Below, piece by piece: positions 32,404 through 44,844 of a stretch of DNA of 64,000 nt (the first letter of the stretch is position 1; each line of letters begins with the position of its first letter). Under the pieces are notes generated by a model. It did not search any database. It was not told where the DNA came from and saw only the letters and a list, made by a program, of their open reading frames with translations. The position numbers and the translations under genes are program-made. This DNA is from Patescibacteria group bacterium (GTDB taxonomy: Bacteria; Patescibacteriota; Gracilibacteria; BD1-5; UBA6164): NCBI GenBank assembly GCA_034675265.1, contig JAUCDK010000001.1, forward strand, positions 30,358-94,357, in the 5' to 3' direction.

Positions 32404-33409
32404 TTTATCCAACCGGTTGTTAAATCTTTTATAGTGAGAGCTAATTTCTTTGGATCATGTCTAACAACATCACTTTCATCTACAAAATCTCTTTCTATAA
32501 TAGTATATTTTTTCCCATTAAATTCGGTTATATCTTTTAATTTTACTGGTTTTTTTCCTTCTTCTATTTTATATTTTTCAACTAATTCTTCACTAATATT
32601 TCCATTATTTACAAATACATAATCAAGAACTTCTCAAGCGTATTTTTCTATGTTATCAATAAAATCTTTGAGTTCATAGGTAGTAGTTTCTCATTTTTTT
32701 GTCATGATATTACATACATAAATAATCTTTGCAGATGTTTGAGAAAGTGCTTCTTTCATTCATTTTGAAAGGAGATTTGGGACAATAGATGTATAAAAAT
32801 CTCATGGCCCAAGTATTACATAATCAGAGTTCATAATAGCTTCATATGCTCTTGGATTGAGTTTTCATTCTCATCCAACAAGAAATGCTTCTGCTACGTT
32901 TTGATCAATATTATGTGTTCTGACAAAATCATTTTTATCACTTACATCAATATTTTTTTCTCCAATAAGTTCTGTTCCATCTTCAAATTTTACTCAAAGG
33001 TGAATATCTTCAAGAGTTACTGGAATAATTTTTCCTTCAACATCAAACATTTTACAAGCAACATCAAGTCCAGCTTCAAAACTTCCTGCTATTTCTCAGA
33101 GTGCTGTAAGAAGAATATTTCCGATTTTATTTCCTCAGATTACTCAAGTTTCATCTTCAAATTTGTATTCAAATAATTTTCTTACTGTTCCAGTATCACG
33201 AGCCAATGCACATATGGCTCTTCTAATATCTCCAGGAGGAAGAACTCAATATTTATCTCTAATTTCTCCAGTTGTTCCTCAAGAATCAGTCATAGCAATA
33301 ATGGTTGCAAGATTTCTTTCTTCACGTGAAAAAACTTTTTTTAGTCAATAAATTACATTAAAGGTTCCAGATCATCATCAAATAGTAGTGATATTTACTT
33401 TTTTTGTCA
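32400..33409 (-). CDS. yvcK: YvcK/CofD-family (gluconeogenesis factor-like) protein, frameshifted near 33360
   Basis: ATG 33407-33409 gives MTKKVNITTIGGGSGTLM* (stop 33353-33355). The rest, NLNVIYGLKKVF...AMTDSGGTTGEIRDKYGVLPPGDIRR...VILGPGDFYTSIVPNLL, is open in the -1 frame from 33377 to 32400. Confidence 0.7.
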
Positions 33410-33427
33410 TAGGTTTTTATTATTAAT

Positions 33428-33628
33428 TTAACATCCAAATACTTCTATTTTATCATTGGTTGCTTTTATGGATAAAATATTATAAACATCAGTATTTACC
33501 TTATCTCTAAATCAATTTATTATACAAGGAGCCCAAACTTCAATTTCTTGAGTTCTTTTCAAAACTTTATCTATAAAAGATTTTTCTTTTTTTTCACAAG
33601 TTATTATAAATTTGGTATAAATATTCAT
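33428..33628 (-). CDS. Small hypothetical protein (66 aa)
   Basis: MNIYTKFIITCEKKEKSFIDKVLKRTQEIEVWAPCIINGFRDKVNTDVYNILSIKATNDKIEVFGC. Immediately downstream of alaS. Confidence 0.4.
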
Positions 33629-33638
33629 GTTTATAAAT

Positions 33639-35453
33639 TTATTTTTCTAAAACAGCTTTGATTCTTCTTACTCATCTTGAAGAAGCTTCTTCTTTTTTGA
33701 TTTTAAATGTTCCCATATTTCCAGTTGCTTCTATATGTGGTCCTCCACAAAGTTCACGAGAAAATATTTCTCCAGCATCTGTTTTGAAAGTATAAACTTT
33801 TACAATATCAGGATATTTTTCCCAAAAACTTCCTTCTACTCAAGCTTCTTTTGCAACATTTTTATCCATTTCTTCAAGAATCATTTTTGCATTTTTTGCA
33901 ATAGCATCATTTACAAAATCTTCTACTTCTTTTAGTTGTTCAGGAGTTAGTTTTTCATCATGAGTAAAGTCAAATCTCAATCTTTCAGAGGTAATATTTG
34001 AACCAGCTTGATGAACATGATTTCCAAGTACTTTTCTAAGCCCTGCAAGCATTAAGTGAGTTGCAGAGTGAAGAGCAGTTGTATCATCTGAATGATCAGC
34101 AAGTCCTCAGGCAAATTTTTGAGCAGCCCCAGCTCTTGAAAGTTCTTGATGTTTTTTAAAAGCATCATTAAATCACTCTACATCAACTTTTAATCATTTT
34201 TCAGTTGCAAGTTCAACTGTCATTTCAATTGGAAAACCAAAAGTGTCGTACAGTTTGAAAGCTTTTTCTCCTGAAATAGTATCAACTTTTTGACCAGTTC
34301 TTTCAAAGGCAATTTGGAAACCACCTACGAGTTTATCAAATTCTTTGAGTCATTTTTCTAAAGTAGTTAAAAATTGTTTTTCTTCTCTATCAATTTCTTC
34401 TAAAATATTTTCTTTTCTCAAAGCAACATTTTCATAAATTCCAGAAAATTTTTCAATTACTTTTGAGATAACTGGAGTTAAAAATTGTCCTGAAAAACCA
34501 AGTTTATATCATTGTCTAATTGCTCTTCTGAGTAATCTTCTTAAAATATATCATTGATCCATATTTGAAGGAGTAATTCCATCTGAAATCATAATAGTTG
34601 CAGTTCTTGAGTGGTCAGCAATAATTCTTACTGCATTTTTTGTATTTTCATTATAAGATACACCAAGAGTAGCACAAATTACATCGATAATATCTGAAAA
34701 AATATCAGTCTCATAGACTGATGGAGCTCATACTAAAGTTCTTGTGATTCTTTCAAGTCCCATCCCTGTATCTACATTTTGCATTTGAGCTTTATTGAAA
34801 TTTCCTTGTTCATCTTTTACATATTCCATAAATACATTATTCCAGATTTCCATCCAGTTTTTTTCATCATTTCAAACCGTACTTCATGCAGGAGGAAACT
34901 CACTTTCTCATACCCAGTAAAAAATTTCTGTGTCTGGTCCGCAAGGTCCTGTCGCACCAGCAGGTCACCACCAATTATCTTTTTTTCCTAAATATGAAAT
35001 ATTTTCTACTCAATGGCTTTTCCAAATATTAGCACTTTCTTCATCTCTTGGCGCATTTTCATCACCTTCAAAAACAGTTACTGCAATTTTTCTTTTATCA
35101 ATTCCAAGCCAATCTTTACTGGTTAGGAATTCATAACTCCAAGCGATAGATTCTTTTTTAAAATAATCTCCAAGTGACCAGTTTCCAAGCATTTCAAAAA
35201 ATGTAAGATGAGTATTATCTCCAACATCTTCTATGTCATTGGTTCTGATACATTTTTGATAGTCAGCAAGTCTGTTTCCAAGAGGATGTTTTTCTCCAAG
35301 TAAATAAGGAACAAGAGGTTGCATTCCAGCAGTATTAAATAAAACCGTTGGGTCATTTTCAGGAACAACTGGAGCAGAAGGAATAATAGAGTGATTTTTA
35401 GACTCAAAAAACTCAATATATTTTTGTCTAATTTCATTGCTAGTAATTTGCAT
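33639..35453 (-). CDS. alaS: Alanine--tRNA ligase, short form ending after the editing domain
   Basis: 604 aa. [48 protein letters not shown]. Editing motifs [17 protein letters not shown] and LCGGPHI. Ends [11 protein letters not shown]. Confidence 0.9.
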
Positions 35454-35628
35454 ACAACTTAAAATTAATGTTTAAAATTGAGCTTATTGTAGTGAAAAAG
35501 AGATTTTTTTCAAATAGAAAAGAGAAAAATATTAAAATTAAATATTTTTATAAGTCAATAGTGATTTTTGCTTTAAAATTAGATATATGATACAATAAAA
35601 GGGAATTTAATAATTATTGTATATTTAT

Positions 35629-38600
35629 ATGAGTATTATTCAGGGAGTAAGAGATGCATACCAAGGTCAAGTTTCCAAGCTGGAATACTGAACATTGTCA
35701 AATGACATAGGGAAATGTAACGATATTCAGGCCCAATTAAAAGAGGGGCGGGAGATTATGAAAGCGGTAAAACAAAAATTATGAAAAGAACATCCACTTT
35801 ATCAACAATTTGATAGAGAATATAAGGAATTATATGAAACTATTAAAGCATCTTACCAATCAGAAAAATCATTTTCTCAAGCTGAAAGAACAAAAATTTT
35901 ATTGGAGTTATGAGATATGATTAGTCTTGCTGAGAAAGAATGAATTATTGAAAAAAAATGAGTGTTTAGTTGGTTTTGAGATGTACTGAAAAAAACAGAT
36001 ACCCAAGAAGCAAAAAATCAAGCTCAATCATTAAGAAATAAAAAAATACAAGAATACTCTCAAGAGGAATCTATTGCAGCAATGGAATATTTATCAAATA
36101 ATTATACAAAGTATAAACCAGTATGAAATGATAAAATTACCAAATGAATTACTTTTATGTATTCAAGTATCAATGAACTGGATGATCAATATGAAGCTAG
36201 ACTTTTTCAAGAAGATTTAATGAAAAAAATATTTTGAGAAGGAAAACAATTCAATGATAAATATTTAGTATGATTTAACACAGAAAGAGGGAATTTTATT
36301 ACAAGTATTTCTGATTTTGAAGGATTTTTAAAAAGCCCAAACACAAAAATGACTTGAGATGAAAATGACCCAAGTGTAGTAAATTCAAGAGTATTGGCGA
36401 ATTATTTTTTACATCTTGAATCTATTGGAAAGCTAAATATGACATATTTGAGCACTGTTTTGTGATCAGTTAAAATGAATGAATTACAAAAAATATGGAA
36501 AATAAATCCTGATTCACAAGCTCAAAAAATTCTTGCAACACAATTATGAGGGAAAAATACACTTTTGAAAAATTTTATTTCTTACAATGAAGAATATAAT
36601 GAAAAAATTAGTGAAAAAAACTATAAAGAAATGCTTCAAAATTCGCCTCAAAAAGTATTTTTGGTGAATGATAAAGATGTATTATTAAAAATTATTTCAG
36701 AAATTCCAAATATTAAATATACCGATATTGATTTTGAATTGCAACATGATATTGATGTTATTGAAGCTATTGCTAAGAAAGATCCAAATTTTAAAACTAC
36801 AATGATTCCACAATCGTTTTATGATATAAAAATTAACAATCAAATACATGGTGTAGAAAAAATAAAGAGAGTTATAAAAATCACTACTAATCCAGATGAT
36901 TTTTTAAGTATTATGTGAGATATTAGTGTTTATTTAGATGAAGGAGATATAAAAGCATTGTTGAAACAATTGGATTGAACTCATCCAAGATTACAAGATG
37001 TACAAAAATATTTATGAAAATTATCAGAAATAACTAAAGATAATTTTGAAACAGCATTTCAAAATTTGATGAATACTGAAGGAAAACAAGAAGAACTTAT
37101 ACGTGCTCAAATAGTAGATATAAATTTATATGTTTATAAATATTGAATTACAGGTTTTGAAGATCAAATATTACAAATATTAGATAAATATTCTTTGGAT
37201 AGTTTTCCTGGAATACAAAAACATCTTCATACTCATAATGAATTTACTCAAAAACTTATATCAAAAAAACCAGAATATTTTGAATTACTTGGTCAAAAAT
37301 TAAAATCAGACTCAGCTATTGTCTCAGCATATATAGATGGTATTACGAAACAAGGATTTGATTATATGAAATTAGTAAATGCGGTAAATAATATTAATTT
37401 TTGAGATACTATTTCTGTTGTACTATTGATTTATTCTAAATTGTCATCTGTATATTCAAAACAAATGGTAAAAAATATTTTTTGACACCCATATGTAAGT
37501 CAAAAATTTTCAGTATTTTTTAAAATGTTACAAAATAAAGAATATTGAGAATGACAACTTCAAAGTTTAGAAAAATTAGATGGAGTATTTTGAGATTTAA
37601 GAGAAGATTTTAAATTAGCTGGAAAAGTAATTGTTCAAGTAAATCAAGAATATTCTAAATTTGAATCTCAAGAAAAAGATGATATTTTTCTACAAAAAAT
37701 TTCTCAAATTACCCAATTTGAAGGAAAAAATTGAGAAATTAATCAAAAGATTTTAGATATAGTAAAATCAGGACATAGTATATATAATGATAAAGAATTA
37801 TACGGATTATTACAAAAATGAACTTGATGAAATCCTGAAGCTGTTGCAACTATTTTTAAGAAATTACAAGAAATTAAAATAGAACATTTACAAAAGGAAA
37901 TTCAAGCGGAATCAGAAAAATTAAAAGATATTTGAGTAACACCAGAAGATGTTCAACGTCTTATGAGTGAAAATAAAATAAATAAAGAAGAAACATTAGA
38001 GCAATATCAAACAAGAATTATTGAGTTAGTAAAAAAAGAAAAAAATATAAAATTAACTCAAGAATTAGAACAATCGATTAAATCAACGATTAAAAATTTT
38101 ACACAAATTTCTGAAATTAAATACGTTCAACAAAACCAAGAATTATATATTCAATATTTAGAAAATCCTCGTTCTTCAAATAATTTTTCTGATTTTAAAA
38201 AATATGCAGAAGAACAAAAAGAATTACAATTACAATGAGTGGATATTCCAGGAACTTTGGTTGGAGTTGATTTTGAAAAATCGACAAATGGAAATTATTT
38301 AGTTGAAACTTCTATCTGAAAAATAGAATTAACTTATCCAGAATGGCAAATGGTTTCTGAAAGTGAAGAGGCTATGAAAAATTTGATTCATTTTAAATCT
38401 ACTCTTGACGAGTTAAATTTAGATGGATTATGGAAATATAGAGAAGCTATTTTTACTGCAATTTCTTGAAAATATACTTGAGCATTTAATGTAAAACAAG
38501 AATTTATTAATGAAAATGAAATGAAAATTTTTGTATCTTCTGTGTTATCTTCAATCTGAATCTCAATTGATCCACAAACAAATATGGATGCATTTAAACA

Positions 38601-38778
38601 ACAAGTAAAGCAATCAAATAAAGTATGATTGATTGAATGAAGGGAAGAAGTAAATGTTTTATGAGATGGATACATAGAAAAATTATTTTTACAAAAATTT
38701 GATTCAAAAAGAACAGGAATGCTACATACTCATGTGTTACAAAATGAAATATGAGATATATTTTGAAAAACCGTATAA
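35629..38778 (+). CDS. Giant hypothetical protein (1049 aa), Lys/Glu/Gln-rich
   Basis: MSIIQGVRDAYQGQVSKLEYGTLSNDIGKCND... Four track ORFs join in frame 1. All 53 sequence lines checked free of TAA/TAG. No signal peptide or TM seen. Confidence 0.8.
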
Positions 38779-38816
38779 TATAAAAATATAAAAAAGTTAT
38801 AAATAAAAATAAAGGT

Positions 38817-39131
38817 ATGGAAAAAGAAAAATTAGAACAAAAAATATTGTGAATTTTACAACATATTGATTCTCCAGTATTGCAAATGCTTGTGAAGAAT
38901 CTTCATCTTTTTAGTTCTTTGGAATTACACCAAATTGTCAATTTTCTTCAAACAGGAAATTTACAATCTATTTATGATTTTTTAGAAGACAAAAAAAATG
39001 AATATTTAGATATTATTAATACGCTCAAAATAAAAAAAAGGTATGCAAATTTAAATAGTATTAAATTACAAGAAAGGCTAGAAACAGAGAAACAAAAAGA
39101 AGAAATAGAATTTATGGATTTTAATTTTTAA
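38817..39131 (+). CDS. Hypothetical protein (104 aa)
   Basis: MEKEKLEQKILGILQHIDSPVLQMLVKNLHLFSSLELHQIVNFLQTGNLQSIYDFLEDKK... Lies between the two giant genes. Confidence 0.6.
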
Positions 39132-39140
39132 AAGTAAAAT

Positions 39141-41207
39141 ATGTCTGAAGTTGAATTACAAGAACATCAAGGGAAAGCTATGGAACAAACAACAGTTCCC
39201 GATGAAGTTCGTCTTGATAATAAATTAAAAGAATTATGAGCCTTAGAAAAAGAAATATTTTCTGGGGATGGTATTGTTGATGGTCAAAGTAGTGATACTG
39301 CTATAGACGAATCTTATAAAGAAGGTTTACAACAAGCAAAAACAATTCAACAAAAAATAGATTTTATAGAATCTTTAGTTTTGGAATTTCAATACGAAAG
39401 GAAATTACAAGAATTATTTCAAAAACAAGAAAAATCTTCATATATTTCTCAAGAAGGAAGTAAAGATTTACAAGAGGGAAAGGATAAAGTACAAGAGTTA
39501 TTTCAAAAATATCCACATTTTAAGGAAAGTATTGTAAAATACATGGCAGAAAAATTTGATTATGCAGATTATTTTGTTCAATTTTATGAACAAACACCAC
39601 TTTCGCCTGAAGTAGATAGAAAAATGCTAGTAGAGCAAGTTTTAGGTAATATGTTGAATCATATAAATATTGAAGCATTATGAGATTTAGAAAAAACTAT
39701 TCAATATATTCAATCTCATCCATCAATAGATGATAAGAATGATTTTTTAAATGGATTACTTATGTGGTCTCCAGAGGCTATTCCTAACCTTTGAGAAAAA
39801 ATGGATGCTGTTACTCAATTAAGTTTTTATAAAAAAGAGGGGGGATATAAGTATGCGATAAGATTCTCAAATAGTAGAGATGATTTAGGATTATTTCATT
39901 TATTACAGTGTGATACCAAAAAATTACAAACATTAGATAAATTTTTTATAAATGGAAAACCAAAAGATGCAATTACATTTCTTGAGCAAAATTTTCCACT
40001 CAATGAAATTGACTATTTAATGCAATATAGCAAATTTAAAGATATTTATCTGAAAATAAAAAAAGAAGAAATGAGTATCAATACAGATAAACTTCCAGAA
40101 GAATCAATTATTGCAATATCGCATATAAAAGATAAACAAGTATCTGAAAAAATACAAAAACATATTTGAGAAGTTCTTAAAATTGAAAATCCAGAGGATA
40201 AAATTAAATTTATTTTAAATTTTATAAAAAAAGATTTACCAGCTATTGTAAATACAAGTCAAAATAAATTAGATAATTGTTATCTATTTTCAGCGCTCAG
40301 AGAATTTACTTATTTTAGTTTAGAGCAACAAGCTCCAAATAAAACAGAAGTAATAGCATTAGAGTTACATACTTTAGAACAAAAAAATACTCAATTTCTC
40401 CAAGAATATATAAATATCAAATTAAATGAGATAAAACAATATTGAGATAATGATACTTTATATAAACTAAACAAAATAAACTTTTCTAATAGCACTAGTA
40501 TAGATATAGCGGAAAAAGTTATATTATTAGATAATATTATTTCTGAATCAACATCGCAAAAATCTGAAAAACCTCCAAAACCAATACAATCTTCAGAAAA
40601 AGCACCAAATAAAATCCCTGAAATGCAAAACTCACTTTCTCGTTTATGACTTAATGTAAAAATATGAGAAAATGGATCTTTAATTTGAATAAATGGAGAA
40701 ACAAATTTTACTCAAAAAATTTGAAATAGAACTTTCGAGGTAAAGGAAAATGGAAATATTTTTATTCAATGAGCATTTGGGTATGAGTTTCAATATGAAA
40801 ATAATATCGATGGAATAGAACAATATCTTGAAATAGCTGACCAAATTGAATATGTAGACCATATGGGGCTTTGACATTTTGGAACGAATTTAAAAGATAT
40901 GATTGAAATCTTAAATTTGTACACATCATACACAGGATTAAAATATATTAATGTTGATGATAGTTCACTGAATTCGACTAATTTTATAAATCAAGTTGAA
41001 CTGACAAATATTTCAAAAGCATTTTATAAAATATGATTTTTATCTACGGAAAATTTTAGTTATTGATTTAAAAATTGAGAAATGCAAAAAGTGGAATTTA
41101 CTCACATAATGCAAACAAATTTTGAATGAAGAAATTTTTTAAAATGAGGAAGTTTTGATAGAGAAATGTTTAAAAATGTAATAACAGAAACAAATTGGAA
41201 TAAATAA
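39141..41207 (+). CDS. Giant hypothetical protein (688 aa) sharing a C-terminal module with the 1049-aa protein
   Basis: MSEVELQEHQGKAMEQTTVPDEV... C-terminus FINQVELTNISKAFYKIGFLS aligns by eye with FINENEMKIFVSSVLSSIGIS of the first protein. Frame fully checked. Confidence 0.8.
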
Positions 41208-41237
41208 AGTCTAGAAAAATCTAGACTTTATTTTTTT
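41207..41237 (+). terminator. Intrinsic terminator of the giant-protein operon (overlapped by the convergent femAB-like 3' end)
   Basis: aaagtctag-aaaaat-ctagacttt plus a T-run. Confidence 0.65.
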
Positions 41238-42113
41238 AAGAAATTGAAAGAGAAAATAAGAAAAATGTTTATTGATAAAAATATAACTTTCACTTACATT
41301 TTTTATATCTGGAGTAAATTTGAGTTTGAAATCAGTTACTCAAGCAAGAGGTGAATTTATTTCTCAAGGATTTGCGACTCATAAAAAATCATAATATTTA
41401 CTTCATATTTCTTTTGCTTTCCCAATAGCAAACCATTGCATTAAATATGGTGCCATTAAGTTTCTATACTGTTTATCACTCGTTGAAGCTCAATAATAAT
41501 AGATAGAAACTTCACTGTTAAAAATAAAAATTCAAGCAGAGAGAACTTTTCCATCATACTTTGTAAAAATAAGTTCACTTTCAGTAAATTTTTCTAAAAA
41601 ATTTTGATAATATTCCAGTGTATTTCCTGAAAATTTATCTCTTGAAGTTGTTTCAAGCATTAAATCATAAAATATTTTTATATTTTCTTGATTTTTTTCA
41701 GCACGAAAAACTTCTACTCATTTTTTCTTTGCAAGATTGATATTATATCTTCATTTTGGTTTCATATTTGCTAAAATTTCTTCTTCACTTTGAGAGAGAT
41801 TAATGAGAGCAGTATGAGGAGTTATAAATTTTTTATAATATCATTTTTGAAAATTTTTAAGAGAAAGAGAAATATTATTTTCAACTCAAAAAGTTTCGAT
41901 TTGAACAAAAAGACAGTTTTCTTTTCTACAAAGTTCTATCATTTTTGCTTCATTTATTTTTTGATTTTCCTCTATTCATAAAGAAAAAAGTCAAAATTTT
42001 CCAAGTCAAATACTTCTTTTTTCTACGAAAATTCAGTCAATTTCAAAAACATTTTGAGCTTGATTTGAAGCTAAAATGAGATTTTTCCAAGAATGTGTTT
42101 GCCAAATGGACAT
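41211..42113 (-). CDS. FemAB/FemX-family peptidoglycan interpeptide-bridge aminoacyltransferase
   Basis: 300 aa. MKPKGRYNINLAKKKGVEV, SIYYYGASTSDKQYRNLMAPYLMQW, LAGVTDFKLKF. TAG stop. Confidence 0.65.
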
Positions 42114-42184
42114 ATTTTTTAGGTTTTGAATATTTCCTCCATTCTAAAGAAAAGTAATGAAAAAACAAGGCTTTTAAATATATT

Positions 42185-43030
42185 TTAATATTTTTCATAT
42201 TCAAAAGATGAAATTTTTTCTCAATCTTTGATTATGGGAATATAATACTTACCATAATAAATCTCTTCAATTACATCATAAGAAATATAAAGGTCGTCTT
42301 TTATAAGACTTTCAGGTGTTGATTTAGATTTTGAAAAAGGGATTTGTATTTCAAAATATGGTATGAGAAGCTTAAATTCTTCATCTCAAAATTGATATTT
42401 TCTAAAAAAATATTTTTTTTCTATTTTTAAATTTTCTTCAGAATATTTGATATATTTGGAAGTTCTCTTTTCATCGGTACTATAATAAAAACTAGCTTGT
42501 ATATTATGAGGTAATAAAAAATCATCAATAATTAAAACTTGAGGATATCCTTTTTCTCATACATATGAATTACGAATAAGGCTGTTAAAATAGAAATCAT
42601 CTAAAAATTTATAATTTTTTATTGGGAAAAAATTGAAAATGATATTTTCGGAATTTTGATTGGCTAATTCTATACGATGATGAAAACTTAATAAATTTAC
42701 ATTCTCATTGTTGGTATTTTCTGAAAATTTTGATAAAACATCTTTTTTCCATCAATTATCAGCTAAATATAAAATATTATTTTTAAAAAGATTTTGAGTT
42801 TTTTTTATTCATATCTTTTTTTCTAAATAATTAACTATCTCATTTTTTTTCTCTCATAGAATATTCTTTTTGTCCTCTTTTTTATACACTTCTAAATTAT
42901 GATTTAATATTTTTGTTTCTTTTGGAATAGAGAAATCTTTGTCAAAATAATACAAATTCTCTATTTTTAGAGCATTTGTATTATTTATAAGAATGAAAAA
43001 GAGTAGAAAAATTCAAAGTATTTTTTTCAT
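42185..43030 (-). CDS. Secreted hypothetical protein
   Basis: 281 aa. Signal peptide MKKILGIFLLFFILINNTNA. No recognisable domain. Confidence 0.6.
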
Positions 43031-43069
43031 AGTATAGTATTAATTATATATTAAAGTAATATAAATATA

Positions 43070-43097
43070 TTGACTTTTAAATAAAAATCAATAGATT
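43070..43097 (+). promoter_or_regulatory. Sigma70-like promoter (TTGACT-16-TAGATT)
   Basis: aatatATTGACTttt at 43064-43078, identical to the 15-mer at 8994-9008. Confidence 0.4.
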
Positions 43098-43140
43098 TTC
43101 AACGCTTTCAATTTTGAAAGTAACCAAAAAGGAGAAGGTT

Positions 43141-43722
43141 ATGTTTAGAAAGTTTTTTTCAACTTTATTCTTTGGTATTGTATTGACTATGTTCAATACA
43201 AGTTCTTTTGCTCAAAATTTGCTAGTAAATTCTAGCTTTTTAACACTTATCAACGATGCAAGTTATAGTGCCACAAATACGATGCTTTATAGTACCGCAA
43301 CAAAGAATAATTTTATTAATTATTTTCCTTCTGCAGGTCCTCAAATAGAGATTCTTGGAGGAGTTGATATATCGGTTACTTCTAATGACGATTGGGGACA
43401 GGGGAATAAGGGGCAGTGTGTAGGGTTAATTAAAATAGCTACTAATTTTTCGAGTGGATTTGCATCATCTTGGATTAAAGGTAGTGGATTTAATCATAAT
43501 TATCCTCCTCCAGTTAGGACTGTTTTGGCTTATTTCAATGGCCAACCAACTTATCCCTCTTCAGGAGGACATGCTCTTATATATTTGGGAAGCTATATGG
43601 GAAATCATGTTGTAATTGATCAGAATTGGGGAAATGATAAAAGAATACAAATGCGCATGATGTCAGCAACTAGTGGAAGTGGGAGAGATAACTTGAGTAA
43701 TTATAATATTGTGACAAAATAA
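43141..43722 (+). CDS. Secreted BPSL0067-like papain-fold (Cys/His) protein, TGA-free
   Basis: 193 aa from the ATG after SD aaggaga. Signal peptide MFRKFFSTLFFGIVLTMFNTSSFA. GQCVGLIK...SSWIKGSG...VLAYFNG...GGHALIYLG...VIDQNW. About 24 Gly, all GGN. Visibly higher GC. Confidence 0.55.
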   Translation: MFRKFFSTLFFGIVLTMFNTSSFAQNLLVNSSFLTLINDASYSATNTMLYSTATKNNFINYFPSAGPQIEILGGVDISVTSNDDWGQGNKGQCVGLIKIATNFSSGFASSWIKGSGFNHNYPPPVRTVLAYFNGQPTYPSSGGHALIYLGSYMGNHVVIDQNWGNDKRIQMRMMSATSGSGRDNLSNYNIVTK

Positions 43723-43755
43723 TAAATATCAAAGAAGAAAAGTTAAGTACTTTCT

Positions 43756-43788
43756 AAAAATACTGAGTTTTAAACTCAGTATTTTTTG
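43756..43788. terminator. Bidirectional intrinsic terminator
   Basis: atactgagttt-t-aaactcagtat with flanking A5 and T6. Confidence 0.7.
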
Positions 43789-43793
43789 TATAG

Positions 43794-44804
43794 TTATTTT
43801 CAATTCAAATGCAAAATTGCACTATCAGTTATTTTTCTTCCACGAGAAGATTTTTCTAAAAATCAAATTTGAAGTAAATACGGTTCTACAACATCTTCTA
43901 AAGTGGCTTCTTCTTCTCAAATACTTGACGCAAGAGTTCCAAGTCAAACAGGACCACAAGCAAATTTTTCATGAATAGTTTGTAAGTATTTTTTATCTAA
44001 ATAATCAAGTCCCAAATCATCAATTCCTAAATCAGAAAAAATTTCTTTAAATACTTTTGTATTATTAATATCTTTTCCAATAATTTTATAATCTCTCATA
44101 ATTTTTAAGATTCTATTTGAGATTCTTGGAGTTCATCTACTTCTGTTTGCAATCGCAGAAACTAAATCTTTTTCTATTTCTAAATCAAGTAAAAAAGCAT
44201 TTTTTACAATGATTTTTTCCAAATCGTTTCCAGAATAAAAATCAAGTTTTAAAACATTTCCAAATCTATCTCTCAATGGATTAGAAAGTGCAGAAAGTTT
44301 TGTTGTCGCTCAAACAAGCGTAAAGTTTGCAACTGGCATTCTTACACTTTGTGCTCATGTTCATTTTCCAACCATAATATCAATGACAAAATCTTCCATA
44401 GCAGTATAGAGAATTTCTTCAATTTGTGGTCTTAAACGATGAATTTCATCAATAAAAAGAATATCTCAGGCTTCAATATTTGATAAAATACTTACAAGAT
44501 CAGCTTGTTTTTCAATGGCTGGTCAAGAAGTTACTTTTAAATTTCATCACATTTCATAAGCAATAATATTTGAAAGAGTTGTTTTTCCAAGACCTGGGGG
44601 ACCATAAAAAAGAATATGTTCTAAACTGGCATTTCTGAGTCTTGCTGAAGCAATTGAAACTCAAAGATGCTTTTTGATTTGTTCTTGTCCAACATAATCT
44701 TGTAGTGTTTTTGGTCTGAGAGAATTTTCACTTACATCAATATCTTTATGAGTAGTTTCTACGATTCTTTCAGGAGATTTTGCTTTACTTGATTGAATTC
44801 ACAT
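43794..44804 (-). CDS. ruvB: Holliday junction branch-migration helicase RuvB
   Basis: 336 aa. [42 protein letters not shown]. Frame fully checked. Confidence 0.9.
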
Positions 44805-44844
44805 ATGTTTTGTATAAGGAAAATAATTAATAAGAAAGAGTTTT

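Noticed and set aside
33353-33380. Programmed -1 ribosomal frameshift in the yvcK-like gene
   Set aside because: There is no X_XXY_YYZ slippery site and no downstream stimulatory structure at the frame junction. An indel or assembly error is more parsimonious.
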